Assembly (NCBI GenBank): GCA_964016885.1
Contig: OZ024741.1
Location: forward strand, 157,294,001 to 157,358,000
DNA from: Eledone cirrhosa
Taxonomy: Eukaryota
Direction of reading: 5' to 3'
Length of the DNA: 64,000 nt
Shown: positions 27,093-41,470 of the stretch, piece after piece
How positions within the stretch are numbered: the stretch's first letter is position 1
Layout: every line of letters begins with the position of its first letter
The notes under the pieces: generated by a model
The model's database searches: none
What the model was told of the DNA's origin: nothing
The model's input: the letters and a program-made list of their open reading frames with translations, nothing else
Made by a program: the position numbers and the translations under genes

Positions 27093-28526
27093 TCACTTAC
27101 CAATATGTTAATGAAATATGCTAATGAGACTGATTCAAATACAAGAGTCACATAATGTTTATGATTTCTTTAAGTATATTCTTGCTTTAGCCCCAGGTGA
27201 GCCCTGATTGAGCAGGTCTGAGATAAAAAAGATGTTCCAGTTATGATAATCCTGTATATTATTCAGACAATGAGAGTGCCTTGAAGTGGTCACTTGTGTT
27301 CTGCTGAAAAGAGCAGCCAAATCTGCACCAAATCACATTTTTCTGTTACAAAATAGGTAGTGTGAGGAGGAAGAACACTTAGACTGTCTGTATGAGTGAA
27401 GAGCCCTTGTAAAGTTGTGAAAGGATGTGAGAGGTGAAATAACATGCCAAACAATGTCTCCTATTAATGTGAAAGGTTGAAGAGGAAGTAGATGAAGTAG
27501 GAAACAAAAGTAGGAGACACAAACAAAAATAAATAAAAGTAGGAGACACAAACAAAAATAAATAAAAGTAGATAACAGCAAGAGAAAACAACAACAATAG
27601 TAGACCCACAATAATAACAACAGAAATCATCAACAACAAACACAACAACAATAGAAAAAGAAAGACATTGGTACTTTATCTACCAGGCCCTGAAAGGATG
27701 GAAGGTAAAACTGACCTCAGTGAGATTTGAACTGGAGGCACAGAGAGCTGGGAAAAATAGGTTCTAATGACTTTGACAATTCACCACATATAACAACAAA
27801 AATATCAATATCTGCAACAACATCAACAGTAGAAATACCCAAAATAACTTCAACATCAATAACAACAGCTCTAACAAAAGCATCAGTAGCAACATCAACA
27901 CCAACAATAATGACATCAACATCAGCAAAAGCAACAACAACAACAATGGGTAGCAACAAAAAAACACTCTTGAACAACATCCCCACCCTGACTACAAATG
28001 AAAATGAAAGAATTGTGTTAAACATCAAGGATTTTGGTTATAAGAAGGGGAAAACACTTAGATTGAAGTGTTAATGTAGCCAGTTTTCTTCACATGAGTG
28101 ATGCCATAGGTCAAGAGTTCAATTCTCAGGATTCTTGTCAATCATTTTCTCTCATTCCACTCACTATATACCACCACCACACCTATGTCTTCTTAACATT
28201 GACAAATACAACAATCAAAACCATTGTCTAGTTTTCTACAATAAGTATTCAAGTATTCAATCAACTGTACTTATATTCAACTAAAAAAGTGAATGTGTAA
28301 GTTTAAAGTCAGAGGCTCAACCTTTATATTGAGAGATTGTGGATAGAATTAAATTTAACTCATTACATTCTGAATTCAAATCCTGCCAAGTACAATAAAA
28401 TAAGGACCAACTAAGCACTGGGGTTTGATCTAATCAACTATATTCTACACCATAGGTGTGTGGTTCATTATACAACATGATGTAATATGTTAAAGGTTCA
28501 ATCTTCATATCAATAGATTCAATTAA

Positions 28527-28740
28527 CCCTTTTATGACCAAATTTCTATGTATTTGAATTAATTCATGAACAATTTTGAAGGATCTACTAAAATTGTTTA
28601 TTATTTTATTACTGAGAAAGTAACTTAACATAGTTTCTATATAAAATTTTGTTGAAAGATTTTAATTTAAATAGGAACCATTTAAAATGAATGGATTTGT
28701 TTTACCTGAACCAGTTTTCATCAGGTTGGTATCAAAAGGG
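28527..28740. mobile_element. piggyBac-like MITE with TTAA TSD
   Basis: TTAA(28523-26)|CCCTTTT ... AAAAGGG|TTAA(28741-44); an oppositely oriented copy follows at about 28750-28965. Confidence 0.7.
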
Positions 28741-29749
28741 TTAATCTTGACATTTTTGATACCAAGAAGCCTAAAACTGTCACTGGTTCGACAATAAAAA
28801 TAACTGTTTGTTTTAAAGTGTATATACGTATCTAAAAACCTTCCATCAACATTTTATGTAAGATCCTTAATAATGAGAAAGTTATATGATCAAATCCCTC
28901 CAAATTCTTGACTATTTTCAAAATCATAAGTATCTTTCATGGGAAATATAGTAAGAAAAGGGTTAAACTACCACTTTATAGAGTGTAATGATTGCATTTT
29001 ATTATGGCACAAACATAAGGGAGGCTGTTCTGTCCTTGATGCACCTGAAAGTACTCTCAAACTTATTTTTGTTAGCTTGGTTTCTATAATTTGATACATC
29101 TCTCAATGCCAACCACATTGCAGAGTGTACTGGGTGCATTTTATCCAGGTATGAACACTAGATAGGTTGTCACATCCTTGACATAAGTAAAGAATTTCTG
29201 AATAGTCAAAGCTGGAATACCTTTGGTCACATTTTTTTTTAAAAATCAGATCAACCTAGAGCCTAAACAACATAATCACTCCACTCATAGTTGGTGACAG
29301 ATCTACTGAATCAGGAACAACCTAGGGCTAAATAGCAACAGTATCATCTCCCCATTCATTTTCATTCTAACCATCACTACTCACTACCATGATAACACCA
29401 ACAATGCCATTACTGCACCACCACCAACAAAAAAAAAACAACAAGCCACTTAATTAATGAAAAACAGAACTAAAAACTATATAATTTACACTAATTGAGT
29501 ATCCAAAACAGGATACTTGTCACAATCATTTTCTCTCATTCCACTCACAATATACCACCACTACCACCACCACCACCACACCTATCGTCTTAACTGTGTA
29601 TACATTGACAAATGCAACAATCAAAACCATTGTCTAGTTTTCTACAATGAATATTCAAGTATTCAATCAACTGTACTTATATTCAACTAAAAAAGTGAAT
29701 GTGTAACTGGTTAAGTATTTCTCAGACATGTGTACTCTTAACATAATTC

Positions 29750-29890
29750 CCATGACGACTCCAAATATCAGTCGCTCTCGGACAGGTTTGTGGCTCTCGG
29801 ACAGCTAGAATGGCTCTTCCAACATGTCTCTCTCACCATCCTCCTGGGAAACACCTTCTCTATTCTGTGCGCCAGGGCTGCAGGACAGCC
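29750..29890 (+). mobile_element. Possible CRE-like RLE retrotransposon C-terminal remnant
   Basis: Translates LEWLFQHVSLTILLGNTFSIL, resembling the QRLSxAxxRGN terminal motif. Confidence 0.35.
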
Positions 29891-31114
29891 AGCGTGTGGG
29901 CCCCCATTTGCTTATAATAGTGAGAGTTAGGGTGAACGAGAAAGATGGAGGCAGTAACTATACCAGCATTGCTGAAATATTTTGTAGAGTTAAAGGTTAA
30001 GTGATTTTACAATAAATAGGTAGATAGCTATATATACATACACACAAGCATCAGTTGAACTCCATAGCCTGACAGAATCTGCTTTGTCTGAAACCAGTAA
30101 AAGAATAAAAGAATCTGTTAAAAAGTTAATGAAGTTGAAATACATGTCACAATATGTGACATGGCTGGATCTTTAAATTACAGGTACAATCCATCTTGTA
30201 TTGTTGTTTAGGTGGTTAAGTATTCTACAGAAGCATGTACCCTATATGTAAGTCTCAGACCAAATCATCATGGCACAATATGTGATGATGCTGGATCTTT
30301 AAATTATAAACACAAACTACATCTGACATGCTTCCACATGGTTTCAATCTACCAAATTTTACTCACTAAGTCTGTACCCAAACTGAGGCTATGGTAAAAT
30401 CACTTGCCAAGGATACCATACAATGGGATTGAACCTGGGACCTCATGATTGCAAAGCAAACTCCTTAACCATTTAGCCAAATAACCATGATCAAGTAGAT
30501 CATTCAAATTGTCTTCTATTTATGGGATTCGTTATACTTCAGCAGATAAATTCAAATATTCCTACATCTGAACATAGATACACAGAGTGGCTAAAAAACA
30601 TTGCCTGAATAAATACATATTGGTAAATACAAATGATAACAAATTGTATTAGTTACACACTACAGTACATAAGTAATGCATATAAATTACTTCTCCTGCC
30701 CCCAGGTCATATATATAGGTCTTGAAGATATGTACATATCAACTTACAGTTGCTTTGTTGGAACAGGGGTCATAAGTTAGGAAACACCTGTATAGTGAGA
30801 AAACATGTTATATCTTCATCAACATCGTTTATACATCCACTTTTCCATGTATGGGTTGGATGGGATGTTTTGAGAATGTTTTACACTCAGATGCCCTTCC
30901 TGATGCCAACCCTTTTAATTGCCTCTTACAACATATGGTATACCTATTCTAAAAACCAGGATATATACAGCAATATGTAATTTTAGAATTAATATTCTCA
31001 TGAAAATCTACATGTAGCATGTCTTGTGCCAAACATTATATCAAATGCCAAACTCTGTTATGTAAACAGATGTTTTAGGGAAAGAGAGAGAAAGAGCAAA
31101 AGCTGCATGAAGGA

Positions 31115-31154
<40 letters not shown>

Positions 31155-31309
31155 TGAGAAAACCCAGGATTAGATTAAGGCTAATATGAAATATGAAGTT
31201 GTAACTGTTATGTGATATTTTAGGCATTAAGACTTGTAGGAATTGGGAGCAACTCACCCACAACGACCACAACCTCTCATACATAAAAAATACAAAAATA
31301 GAATTTTAT

Positions 31310-32030
31310 TGCTTAACCCATCAGTAGGTGATATCCAACATGCACTTGATAGGATTGATGCTGGCTGCTGCACAGCTGGGATGAAAATTAGTGCTGCAAA
31401 AACAAACACTTGTCCTCACAAGGAAGCTTGCACAGTGCATGGAGTTCCACTGAAGCAGATAGAGAAGTTCAAGTATCTTGTAGCTGCGTTCATGAGTGAT
31501 GGAAAGCAGGAGGCCAAATTAAGTGCAAGAACTGTAGGACCTGGTGAAGTAATGTGCTAGCTTCATCATTCGGTAATCAGAAGAAGAGAGGTAGGTATAA
31601 AAGCCAAACTCATTATCTTTAATTCGGTATTCATGCCAACCCTTGCTTATGGTTGGGAATCTTGGGTAATGGCCGAAAGTATATGATCACAAATACAAGT
31701 GGCTGAAATGGGGTTCCTCTGAAGATTCTTTAGAGTAATGTTACTCGATAGACTGTGTAGATCAGAGAGTCCAGCTGCTACTTCTCTGATTTGAGAGAAC
31801 TCAGTTCCAATATTATGGGCAAATGGTCTCAGGTAGAACAGCTGGATAGATTTTACAGACAAAATCAAGCAGAAGAACCAATGGCATACCCTGAGCAAGA
31901 TGTTTAGATAAAATCCATGAGTTTGGCTGGTCTTGTTCGGGTATCTAGCCAGATCAACTGGAGATGGGTGCTTCTGACAGGACCTGTTGGCAGGAGTGTT
32001 TGAAGACTCTATCCTCTTAGGAGGAGGACG
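31310..32030 (+). mobile_element. Degenerate RTE-clade LINE fragment
   Basis: GMKISAAKT, LKQIEKFKYL, YGWESWV and AEMGFL remnants. Confidence 0.7.
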
Positions 32031-32121
32031 AGAAGAAAAAAAACTACAACATCAATCTGAGAAAATAATAATATTTGTTTCTCAATATAAATTATATTTA
32101 GGCTCAAAAAACTGTCTTATA

Positions 32122-32957
32122 CGAGGTGGTATGAAAAAGTTCCCAGACTAGTCATGTTTAAAAAAATGTAACATATTTACCAAAGTTTTAACATCATCAT
32201 CTTTGAAATAGTCACCTTGTGCAGCAATACACCGTTCCCAGTGTTCCTGCTAATTTTGGAATCAAGCCTGGAAGTCGTTTTCCATAAGCAAGTCGAGGAC
32301 TTCTGTGATTCATTCTGGATCTTGGCAACAGTGTTAAAATGGTGACCTTTGAGTTGCATTTTCAGCTTGGAGAAGAGATGGAAGCCCACAGGTGCTAAAT
32401 CTGGTGAATAGGGTGGGTTCTGAAGTAATACAATGTTGTTTTAGGCAAGAAACTCACAAGTGAGGAGAGCTTAGTGATAGGGTGCATTATTGTTATGAAG
32501 AATCCAATTCTTCACGTTCACAGATCCGGTCACTTTCGCTGAACGTCCTTCCTCAAACGTCGCAAAACATTAAGGTAGAACTCTCAATTGACAGTCTGGC
32601 TCTGGGGGACAAATTTTAGATGCATAATACTGCAGATATCGAAAAAATTATGAGTATTCTCTTGATTGAACTGCTGCTTTTATAGCATACTTAATGACTC
32701 TGTAGTAAACTTGCTAAGTTGAACGCAAAATTTCACGTTAGCTCTTTGTTCCAACTTCCTATTCATGACAAAATTACAGGCTACAGTATACACATGATCA
32801 CAAATACACAAATTTCACAACTTACGAAGTGAATACAGTGATGTCACTTGGCACACAGGCGCATGAAGGTCACTGCTAGCTCTCAATGTGCGTGCAACCG
32901 TGTGTTACCATTTGTTGGCACACTACAGTACTAGTCTAGAAACCTTTTGATACCTCG
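32122..32957 (-). mobile_element. Internally deleted mariner transposon
   Basis: TA|cgaggtggtatgaaaaagttcccagactagt ... actagtctagaaaccttttgatacctcg|TA; remnant FHLFSKLKMQLKGHHF of the mariner C-terminus. Confidence 0.85.
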
Positions 32958-33185
32958 TATGTTGGGAAAAACAAATAAATATTTTGTATGTGCATGCATA
33001 AATATATATATATTACTGTCAAAATGGCAAGAACTCAGTCATAGGGCCATGACTCTCTAATATATATATAATATATGAAATCATATACTATATGTTTATA
33101 TACAATAAACATAAGGGAGCCTCGCTATCAAAGAAAAATATTTTGGAACGGTTTGTAGACATTGTTGACCTTCTTAATGTGTATG

Positions 33186-33294
33186 TATATTACTGAGATT
33201 GTTCTCTGTTGCTACACTGAATTTTGTAGATTCACACATGATCAGCAGGAATCTATGAAACAGAATAGCAACAGAGAATAAACTCATTAATATA
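33186..33294. repeat. Imperfect inverted repeat, likely a decayed PLE pLTR end
   Basis: ttctctgttgcta...tagattc / gaatcta...tagcaacagagaa. Confidence 0.5.
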
Positions 33295-33338
33295 ATATAA
33301 ATCATTCTCTACTTTTGTATTGAACAATTTTTCCTCAC

Positions 33339-33378
<40 letters not shown>

Positions 33379-34080
33379 ATATTTGGGGAGGGTCATATTG
33401 ATATAATATTGCCAGAAATAATAATAAAACGCATTCAGTTTGATTTGGATTGGTTTTCGCTTTTGTATCTTTTATATCTCCATAGTTAATTTATCTGGCA
33501 ATCAATGTTTCTCATTGATTGACCAACGGTTAAAAATACAGATATAAACATATATATATATAGTCTATATATAATCTTCCATATACTGTACTGATTGTGT
33601 GTTGTTATTTCTGTTTAGCTTTTATATACACATATATATATATATATATCATCATCATCATCATCATTTTACGTCCGCTTTTCCCTGCTTGCAAAGGTGG
33701 GATGGGAACTGATTCTGGCTTGATTTCTACAGCTTGATGCCCTTCCTAACACCAACCTCATTTACAGTGAGTGCTGGGTGCTTTTTTTCCGTGGCCCCTA
33801 CACATCCACTTTGCAGTGGAATGATAGGGACCCCAGTCCTATCATCTCATTTCTACAGCTGAGTAAACTGGAGCAATGTGAAATAAAGTGTCGTGTTCAA
33901 AGAAACAACGCATCACGCGGTCCGAGAATTGAACTCACAACCTTTCGATTGCAAGGCCAATGCTCTAACCACTAAGCCATGTAGGTAGTAGCGGTGCAAA
34001 TGAATTGTGTTCACAGGTGGTATGCCAAGATGAGCACTCGATGCTCTTGGCAAGCAGAATATCAATGATAATGTTACTAT

Positions 34081-34387
34081 ATGGGAACAAAGAATCAGTG
34101 TTGCATCATGTACATAATTACATATTACATATGTTTCATTGCCAATCAGCTTGAGGAACAATCAAATAATGTTTGTTCCTGACTCTGGAATCGAGAGCTT
34201 CTCAGATATTTGTTCAGATGTTTAACAATTCAATAACATTTGGACGTGTGTCTACATGCGAGAACACATATCTAAGGAGCTCCCGATTCCAGAGTCAGAA
34301 TCGATCGTTCCTTGAGCTGATCGGCAGTGAAACATGTAATATGTAATTAAATATGTATATGATCCAATACTGATTCTTTGTTCCCAT
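34081..34387. mobile_element. Inverted-repeat cassette with two decayed long-stem-II hammerheads
   Basis: Plus strand 34267-34343: CAUAU-CUAAGGA-...-GAAACAUGUA-AUAUG. Minus strand 34121-34210 has CUGAGAA. The two arms imply an ancestral CUGAGGA. Confidence 0.6.
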
Positions 34388-34411
34388 TTGTTATTATTAT
34401 TTTATATATTG

Positions 34412-34463
<52 letters not shown>

Positions 34464-34677
34464 AATATATATATATATGTATATATATATAAGAGAGTGT
34501 TGAAGTTTGCTTGAAGCATTGTGGAATAATAAAATTGGTTGTTTTGGAAGCCTCAACAATGCAGATGGGTAAATCTCCAGTTAACAGAATCAGGTGGTAA
34601 TGAGAGAGAGAGATATGGAAGAGGAAATGTAGAATGAGACGTAGAGGGTGTAGAAGAACGTAGGAAAGAGAGTAAAA

Positions 34678-34870
34678 ATAATTGTTTCTACTTTTGGCAC
34701 AAGGCCAGCAATTATCCCAGTACATTACTGGTACTTTATTTTATCGACCCCGTAAGGATGAAAGGCAAAGTTAACCTCGGCGGGATTTGAACTCAGAATG
34801 GCAAAGACCGTAACTCTATGCGTCAAAGCATGGCATCCGACCCTCTACCGATACTGCCAATGCACCGCCC
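34678..34870 (-). mobile_element. SINE family A
   Basis: Full head, core and tail. Confidence 0.8.
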
Positions 34871-34889
34871 TAGAGTGTAAAAATAATAA

Positions 34890-36500
34890 CATGAGATAGA
34901 GTTACCTTGGAAGTCATTTAATTGTCCTTATATTTCGGATTTCGCATCTATCAACTGGGAGTTATCCGAGAGGAAAAGTTTTTAGTCGTAGAGGGACAAC
35001 ACGTGACCTCTGTTGTTTATCGTGTGCGTACAACTGAACTACTCTGTAGGGTGCACGTGCACGCGGAATAGCTGTGGTCAGTTTCTTATATTCGGTCTTT
35101 GATACTGGCAGGCATGTTGTTGGTATTTGTAGTCTGCCTGCTTGTTGTCTGTCAGTCGGTGGATGGTGGATACGATATATACACAATAACAATCGCTCGA
35201 TTGCTGCAGTGTATGTTCTTGTTTACACAGCCATCTCGTCTCGCTTCTCTTGGATCGGTTATTTATTTGTGGTCTGAGGCATTTGATCCAAAGTGCTTCC
35301 TTGATTCTTAAAGTGCCAATGTTGCATTCCGTTGCTAACACTGTGACAATAGGCCTTCCGTCTTTGTTTCCGCAAAGATGAGGCCCTAGTGTTGATGTGA
35401 TCCTTGATCCGGACATGTAGTGGCTGGATGGTGCTACCGATGTAGAAGTCGTTACACTTGCCACATTCAACCTTGTATATGACATACGTGCGTAAGCAAC
35501 AGTTCATTTGGCGCATTGGACAGTTGCTGAGGGAACACGCGTCAACCAATTTCTTGGCTTTCTTGGAGAGGCATCTCCGTAGGGAGGGTCCCAAGTGAAC
35601 CAAGTGGATGTCGAGGCTCTCCCTCCGTATGGCCCTGCGGATATCGTTGGTGGTTTTCTTGCCCAGGTGCGAGATTTTAAGGAAGCACTTGCCTGGGTGT
35701 CCGTTCGGCTCCAGCACCCTGTGGAACCGCTTGGTATGGGTGACACCACTCACAGGATCGCTGCATCTATTTTTTAATCCGCGTGATCTCGTTCGTGATG
35801 CACCCTCTTTTAGCACTGTTAGAGAGGGCAAATTTGTAGTGGACGAACAAGTCCCTGTAGGCTGCCTTGCGGTAGAAGTTGGTGTTCCCTCCCTATGCCG
35901 TGATATTTCGAGGAGGGCAAGGGACCCATTGTCATTGGGGTGTTCAACACTGAAGTCAATATTCCATTCGTCATCTCCTGGGAAGATGTGAGGATGAGGA
36001 TGTCATCGACGTATCTTGAGAAGAAGACGACGGTGTTGGGTGGCAGGTGTTGAGTGCCTTGCATTCAAGGTTGTCCATGTACAAAATCACTAGCACACCC
36101 GACAGGCTTAAGCTCATGGGTAGCCCTGAGGTCTGCTGGTATGTTTGGTTGAGAAAATTGAAATATGTGTTGTCAACGACAATGGATAGGCGCTGGTCGA
36201 TGTCAGTGGGGGTGAACCCGAAGCAATGTAGGTTGGTAGACTGGACACGTTCTGTCAGTATGTCGACGGCCGGGAGCGTAGGGACCGAGGTGTAAAGAGC
36301 AACCATATCAAGGCTGAAGGCGTACCTGTTAACCTTTCGGGATCCATTTGGTGTAGACGCTCCAACACTTCTTCAGAACTGTTGACGTGTCCCGGCAAGG
36401 TGCTCAGTAGGGGTTTAAGTATTTTGGCTAGGAGCCATGAAATTTTGTAAAGCGGTCCCTCCACACTCAATACAATAGGCCTGATCTTCAGGTCGGGTCC
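34890..36500 (-). mobile_element. Penelope-like element (RT + GIY-YIG), 5'-truncated and frameshifted
   Basis: KIRPIV, ALYTSVP, QQTSGLPM, FSRYVDDIL, VIYKVECGKCNDFYIGST...RIKDH and EALWIK..PQIN. Confidence 0.9.
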
Positions 36501-36766
36501 CTGCAAAGTGGTCGTGGAGGTGCCATGGCAAAAAAGCACCCAGTCCACACTGTAAAGTGGACGTATCGGCGCCACGGAAAAAAAGCACCCAGCATTCACT
36601 GTAAATGAGGTTGGTGTTAGGAAGGGCATCCAACCATAGAAATCAAGCCAGAATCAGTTCCAGTATGAGCAAGACAAGGTCAGCCGACCGGACACTGCCC
36701 ACAACATGACAACCCGTCTAACACATGTTAACGTGGAAGAATGGACATAAAACGGTGATGATGATA
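36501..36766 (+). mobile_element. RTE-tail SINE/3' UTR fragment
   Basis: ggttggtgttaggaagggcatcc motif and (GAT)n tail. Relatives at 10260-10590, 33648-33820, 37390-37580, 37600-37770 and 39298-39400. Confidence 0.65.
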
Positions 36767-37932
36767 TATACACACACAAATATGTGTGTGTGTATTATGT
36801 TCATACATTTATATAATGAGTGTGTTCTTTATTGAGATCAAATTTATGTCAAAGATATGACCTTCTCTCTAGTTTTGGTGTTCTACATGACAAACCCATC
36901 CAATACATGTTGTAAAGTGATTGGCGATAGGAAGGGTATCCAACCATACAAAACTTGTGAAACAAAGTGTCAGAAATATAACAACTTTCCTTATGCGTGT
37001 CATGATAAGATGCACTCTGTAGAGTATGGGATCACATGTGAGATACAGGCCACCAGACCATCTGAGAGATCATTAGCCCCACTTGAGTATTCATTTGGGG
37101 TCTGAAAGCCTGTAAAACTCTTGATAGCAAAGAGAACAAATATTAAATGATGATGGTGCTGTTATTTATTTTTTATGTGAATTAATTTTTTTTTCATTGT
37201 GTATTATATAAATATGTTGCATGTGTATAAAATCATTAGGTGCATCTTCAAATCTTTATTACTGTTTTCCATATATATATATATATCAGAAGACTGACTT
37301 CCCATGGGCACAGTCCAAAGCTGAAGCATATATACTGTATGCCCCACCCTCTACCCTTCCACTATAAAGTGGTTGTGTAGGTGTCACAACAAAAAGTACC
37401 CACTACTCACTGTAAATGAGGTTGGCATTAGGAAGAGCATCCAGCTGTAGAAACCAAGCCAAAATCAGTTATGTATGAGCAAGACATGGTCACCTGACCT
37501 AGCATTGCCCACAACAGGACAACTCGTCAAACCCATGCTACCATGGAAAATAGACGTAAAATGGTGATGATGATGATGGTGATATATATATCAACATCAT
37601 CACTATTTAATGTCCATTTTTCCATGCCAGCATGGGTTATACAGGTTGTCCTGTTGTGAGAAATGCCAAGTCAGGTGCCATGTCTTACTCATACATAACT
37701 GATTTTGGCTTGGTTTCTACAGCTGGATGCCTTTCCTTATGCCAACTAGATTTACAATGAATACTGGGGGCTTTTTTTTTTCCAAGTTGAATGAAGTTGT
37801 GGAAGAGAAGGAGGGAGAAAGGCATAGGCAGAAGTAGTAAAAACTCATATCAGGATGTATGAAGCTCACAAAGAAGATGTTGAAGGAACGGGAGGACTCA
37901 TCTAAGCAAGCATGGAAAAATGGATGTAAATA

Positions 37933-38115
37933 TAATTGTTTCTACTTTTGGCACAAGGCCAGCAATTACCCAGTACATTACTAGTACTTTATTTTATCGA
38001 CCCCGTAAGGATGAAAGGCAAAGTCAACCTCGGCGGGATTTGAACTCAGTTTGTAAAGGGATGTAACTGTGCTGCAAAGCATGGCGTCTGACCCTCTACC
38101 GATACTGCCAATCCA
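37933..38115 (-). mobile_element. SINE family A
   Basis: Full reverse-complement copy. Confidence 0.8.
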
Positions 38116-38637
38116 ATGATGATGATATATATGCTTGAATTGTTAGAAATAGAAGCCGTATCTTCCATAAATCACACCCTATCTTCTTAAATGAAGAAGG
38201 ACACACTGGATAATTTTGTCCTACAGGAAATAAAATGCAGGATAATCCAAGCTAGAATGCCTTTGATCATAGAACATGTTCTATCAGAGCTGAGCAAGAA
38301 ATAAACACCAGCAGCAGTGAAATAGGGTGATCATTATTTATAAAGTGGCAAATTAGGCAAGAAATGGGGTGTATACATTCCCAAAAATTTTAATTGTAAT
38401 GACAGGCATGTCAATTGATAGCTTCAATAATTAGCAATATTTATATACTAAAAGATATATTAGTTAATGTCAAACCCTCCACAAAACATATATAAAGATG
38501 CTTGTGTGTGTGAGTGTGCATAATATCATCATCATCATTGTTTCCCTACTAGCAAGGGTTGGAGAGGTCTGATTCGCATCCAATTTTCGAAGACTGACAG
38601 AAAGCACTCAATGAGAGAGTAGCTAATAAATTACTTC

Positions 38638-39241
38638 TATATATACACACATATATATATATAAACATATATACACACACACACATATATATATATATAA
38701 ACATATATATATACACACACATATATATATACACACATATATATATACACACATATATATATACACACATATATATATATTCACACACATATATATACAC
38801 ACATATACATATACACACATATATATATATACACATATATGTATATATACACATATATGTATATATATATATATATACACATATATATATATATATACAC
38901 ATATATATATATATATATATACACATATATATATATATACACATATATATATATATATACACATATATATATATATATATACACATATATATATATATAC
39001 ACATATATATATATATACACATATATATATACACCTATATATATATACACCTATATATATATACACCTATATATATATATATATACACTTATATATATAT
39101 ATATATATATATATACACTTATATATATATATATATATATATATACACTTATATATATATATATATATATATATACACTTATATATATATATATATATAT
39201 ATATACACTTATATATATATATATATATATATATACACTTA

Positions 39242-39275
<34 letters not shown>

Positions 39276-39297
39276 CACACATATATATATATATATG
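38638..39297. repeat. (TA)n/CA-interrupted microsatellite, including a 30-bp higher-order unit ending in acactt
   Basis: Direct reading. Confidence 0.95.
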
Positions 39298-39532
39298 TAG
39301 GGCATCCAGCTGTAGAAATCAAGCCAGAATCAGTTCCTGTCCCACCCTTGCAAGCAGGGAAAAGCGGACGTAAAATGAAATGATGATGATGATGATGTGA
39401 ATTTGCTCCGAAATCATTAGACGTGTCCGTCGAACCTGCGGATCCAGAATCAGACAGATCCACACAATGATCGTGTCTCGAGCTGTCTGCCGGCGAAACA
39501 ATTTTAGCACACAATAAATTGAGTTCAGATAT

Positions 39533-40360
39533 TATCATCATCATCATCATCATCGTTTAACGTCCATGTTCCACGCTTGCATGGGTTTGGACGGGAGTTT
39601 TCCCACTTGAGGCACGAGTGGTTGTCTTGCTCGCATAGGACTGTCTGGCAGGTTTTCTACAGCTGGATGCCCTTCCTAACACCAACCACATTTACAGTGT
39701 GGGGCTGGGAGGTTTTTACCGTGTTGCCCACTCGGCCATATTACAGTGTGGACTGTCTGGCGGGTTTTCTACAGTTGGATGCCCTTCCTAACACCAACCA
39801 CATTTACAGTGTGGGGCTGGGAGGTTTTTACCGTGTTACCTACATGGCCACATTACAGCGTGGACTGTGTGTTTCTTTGTCGTGACGCCAGAAGTCACGG
39901 TCGTGTGTCATTGCCTTTGAGAGGTGTAATTGGGTAAGGTCGGCTTTTATCACCTCATCCCAGGTCATCTTGGGTCTCCTCACTCCGTGGTTTCCATCAA
40001 CTTCTAGTGCTCTGTACCTTTTTATGCAGCTGTCATCATTCATACGCATCACATGTCCATACCAGCGCAACCGCCTCTCCTGCACACAGCCTTTGATTCC
40101 TCTTATGCTCAGTCTCTCTCTCAATTCATTTATGCTTTGTCGTTCACGTATATTACTGTTACACATCCATTGGAGCATGCAGGCTTCGTTTCTCTCTAAT
40201 CTACGTAAGTCTTCCACCTTCAGCGCCCAGGTCTCACTACCATGCAACATTGCTGTTCGGATACACGCATCATACAGTCTGCCTTTCATTCTGAGGGAGA
40301 AGCCTTTTGCAGCTAGCAGTGGTAGTAGTTCCCTAAACTACTTCCATCCCGTTCTTACCC
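39533..40360 (-). mobile_element. RTE-clade LINE 3' fragment
   Basis: ORF 39840-40289 contains [20 protein letters not shown] and [12 protein letters not shown]; (GAT)n tail. Confidence 0.88.
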
Positions 40361-40478
40361 TATATATATATATATACATATATATATACATATATATATA
40401 TATATACATATATATATACATATATATATACATATATATATACATATATATATATATACATATATATATATGTACATA

Positions 40479-40542
<64 letters not shown>

Positions 40543-40572
40543 TATATACATTTATATATACATATATATACA

Positions 40573-40604
<32 letters not shown>

Positions 40605-40750
40605 AACGGAAAAAATGAAACGAAATTTCATTTCCTACTCTTAGTACGGCTGTTACTTAAATATAAGTATGTACACGTACATACATATATGTATACAGAT
40701 GTACAGTAGTATGTATATATATATACATATACGCACACACATATATATAT

Positions 40751-41064
40751 GTACGTATGGATTCACCGAACATTTATTATAATGCTCGGTGTGTTTGTAA
40801 ACAAACATCCCGTATTAAGCCGTAGTGTCCAGCAACCATCGTTGCTTGTTTGTTCAACACTGACAAAGGAACGCTGTACTAGTTTCAAGCTTATTAGCTA
40901 TCGTCAGCAACGTATACCTTCCTGCCAGTTTGTTGAACGTATATACTTACCTTATGCATATTAACGACTGAGTAGCCCAATTTGCATATCAAGTGGGTTA
41001 ATTGGCCGTGTGCACCGAAAACACACCGAGCATTATAATAAATATTCGGTGAATCCATACGTAC
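40751..41064 (-). mobile_element. Short non-coding HHR element with 46-bp inverted termini (PLE pLTR derivative)
   Basis: Inverted repeat 40751-40796 / 41019-41064 with one mismatch, flanked by TA; the core is repeated at about 41598-41736. Confidence 0.7.
40871..40913 (-). ncRNA. Minimal type I hammerhead ribozyme
   Basis: ACGUUG-CUGACGA-U AGCU AAUA AGCU U-GAA-ACUAGU-A/CAGCGU; palindromic stem III, GUA triplet. Confidence 0.8.
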
Positions 41065-41073
41065 ATATATATA

Positions 41074-41470
41074 TGTGGTGCCACAACATCCAGGCCGAAA
41101 CAAATGAGATCGTGTAGGTGTCACGACAAAAAAACACACAGTCCACGCTGTAACGTGACCGTGTAGGCAACACGGTAAAAACCTCCCAGTCCCACACTGT
41201 AAATGTGGTTGGTGTTAGGAAGGGCATCCAGATGTAGAAAACACGCCAGACAGTCCACGCTGTAATGTGGCCGTGTAGGCAACATGGTAAAAACCTCCCA
41301 GCCCCACACTGTAAATGTGGTTGGTGTTAGGAAGGGCATCCAGCTGTAGAAAACCCGCCAGACAGTCCTATGCGAGCAAGACAACCACTCTTGCATCAAG
41401 CGGGAAAACTCCTGTCCAAACCCATGCAAGCATGGAACATGGACGTTAAACGATGATGATGATGATGATA
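41074..41470 (+). mobile_element. RTE LINE 3' UTR fragment with duplicated ~82-bp unit
   Basis: Reverse complement of the 39533-39890 sequence; ends in (GAT)n. Confidence 0.8.

Noticed and set aside
25191-28074. Thr-rich or Val-rich ORFs (mucin-like)
   Set aside because: They derive from degenerate (AAC/CAC)n repeats, with no splice or domain support.
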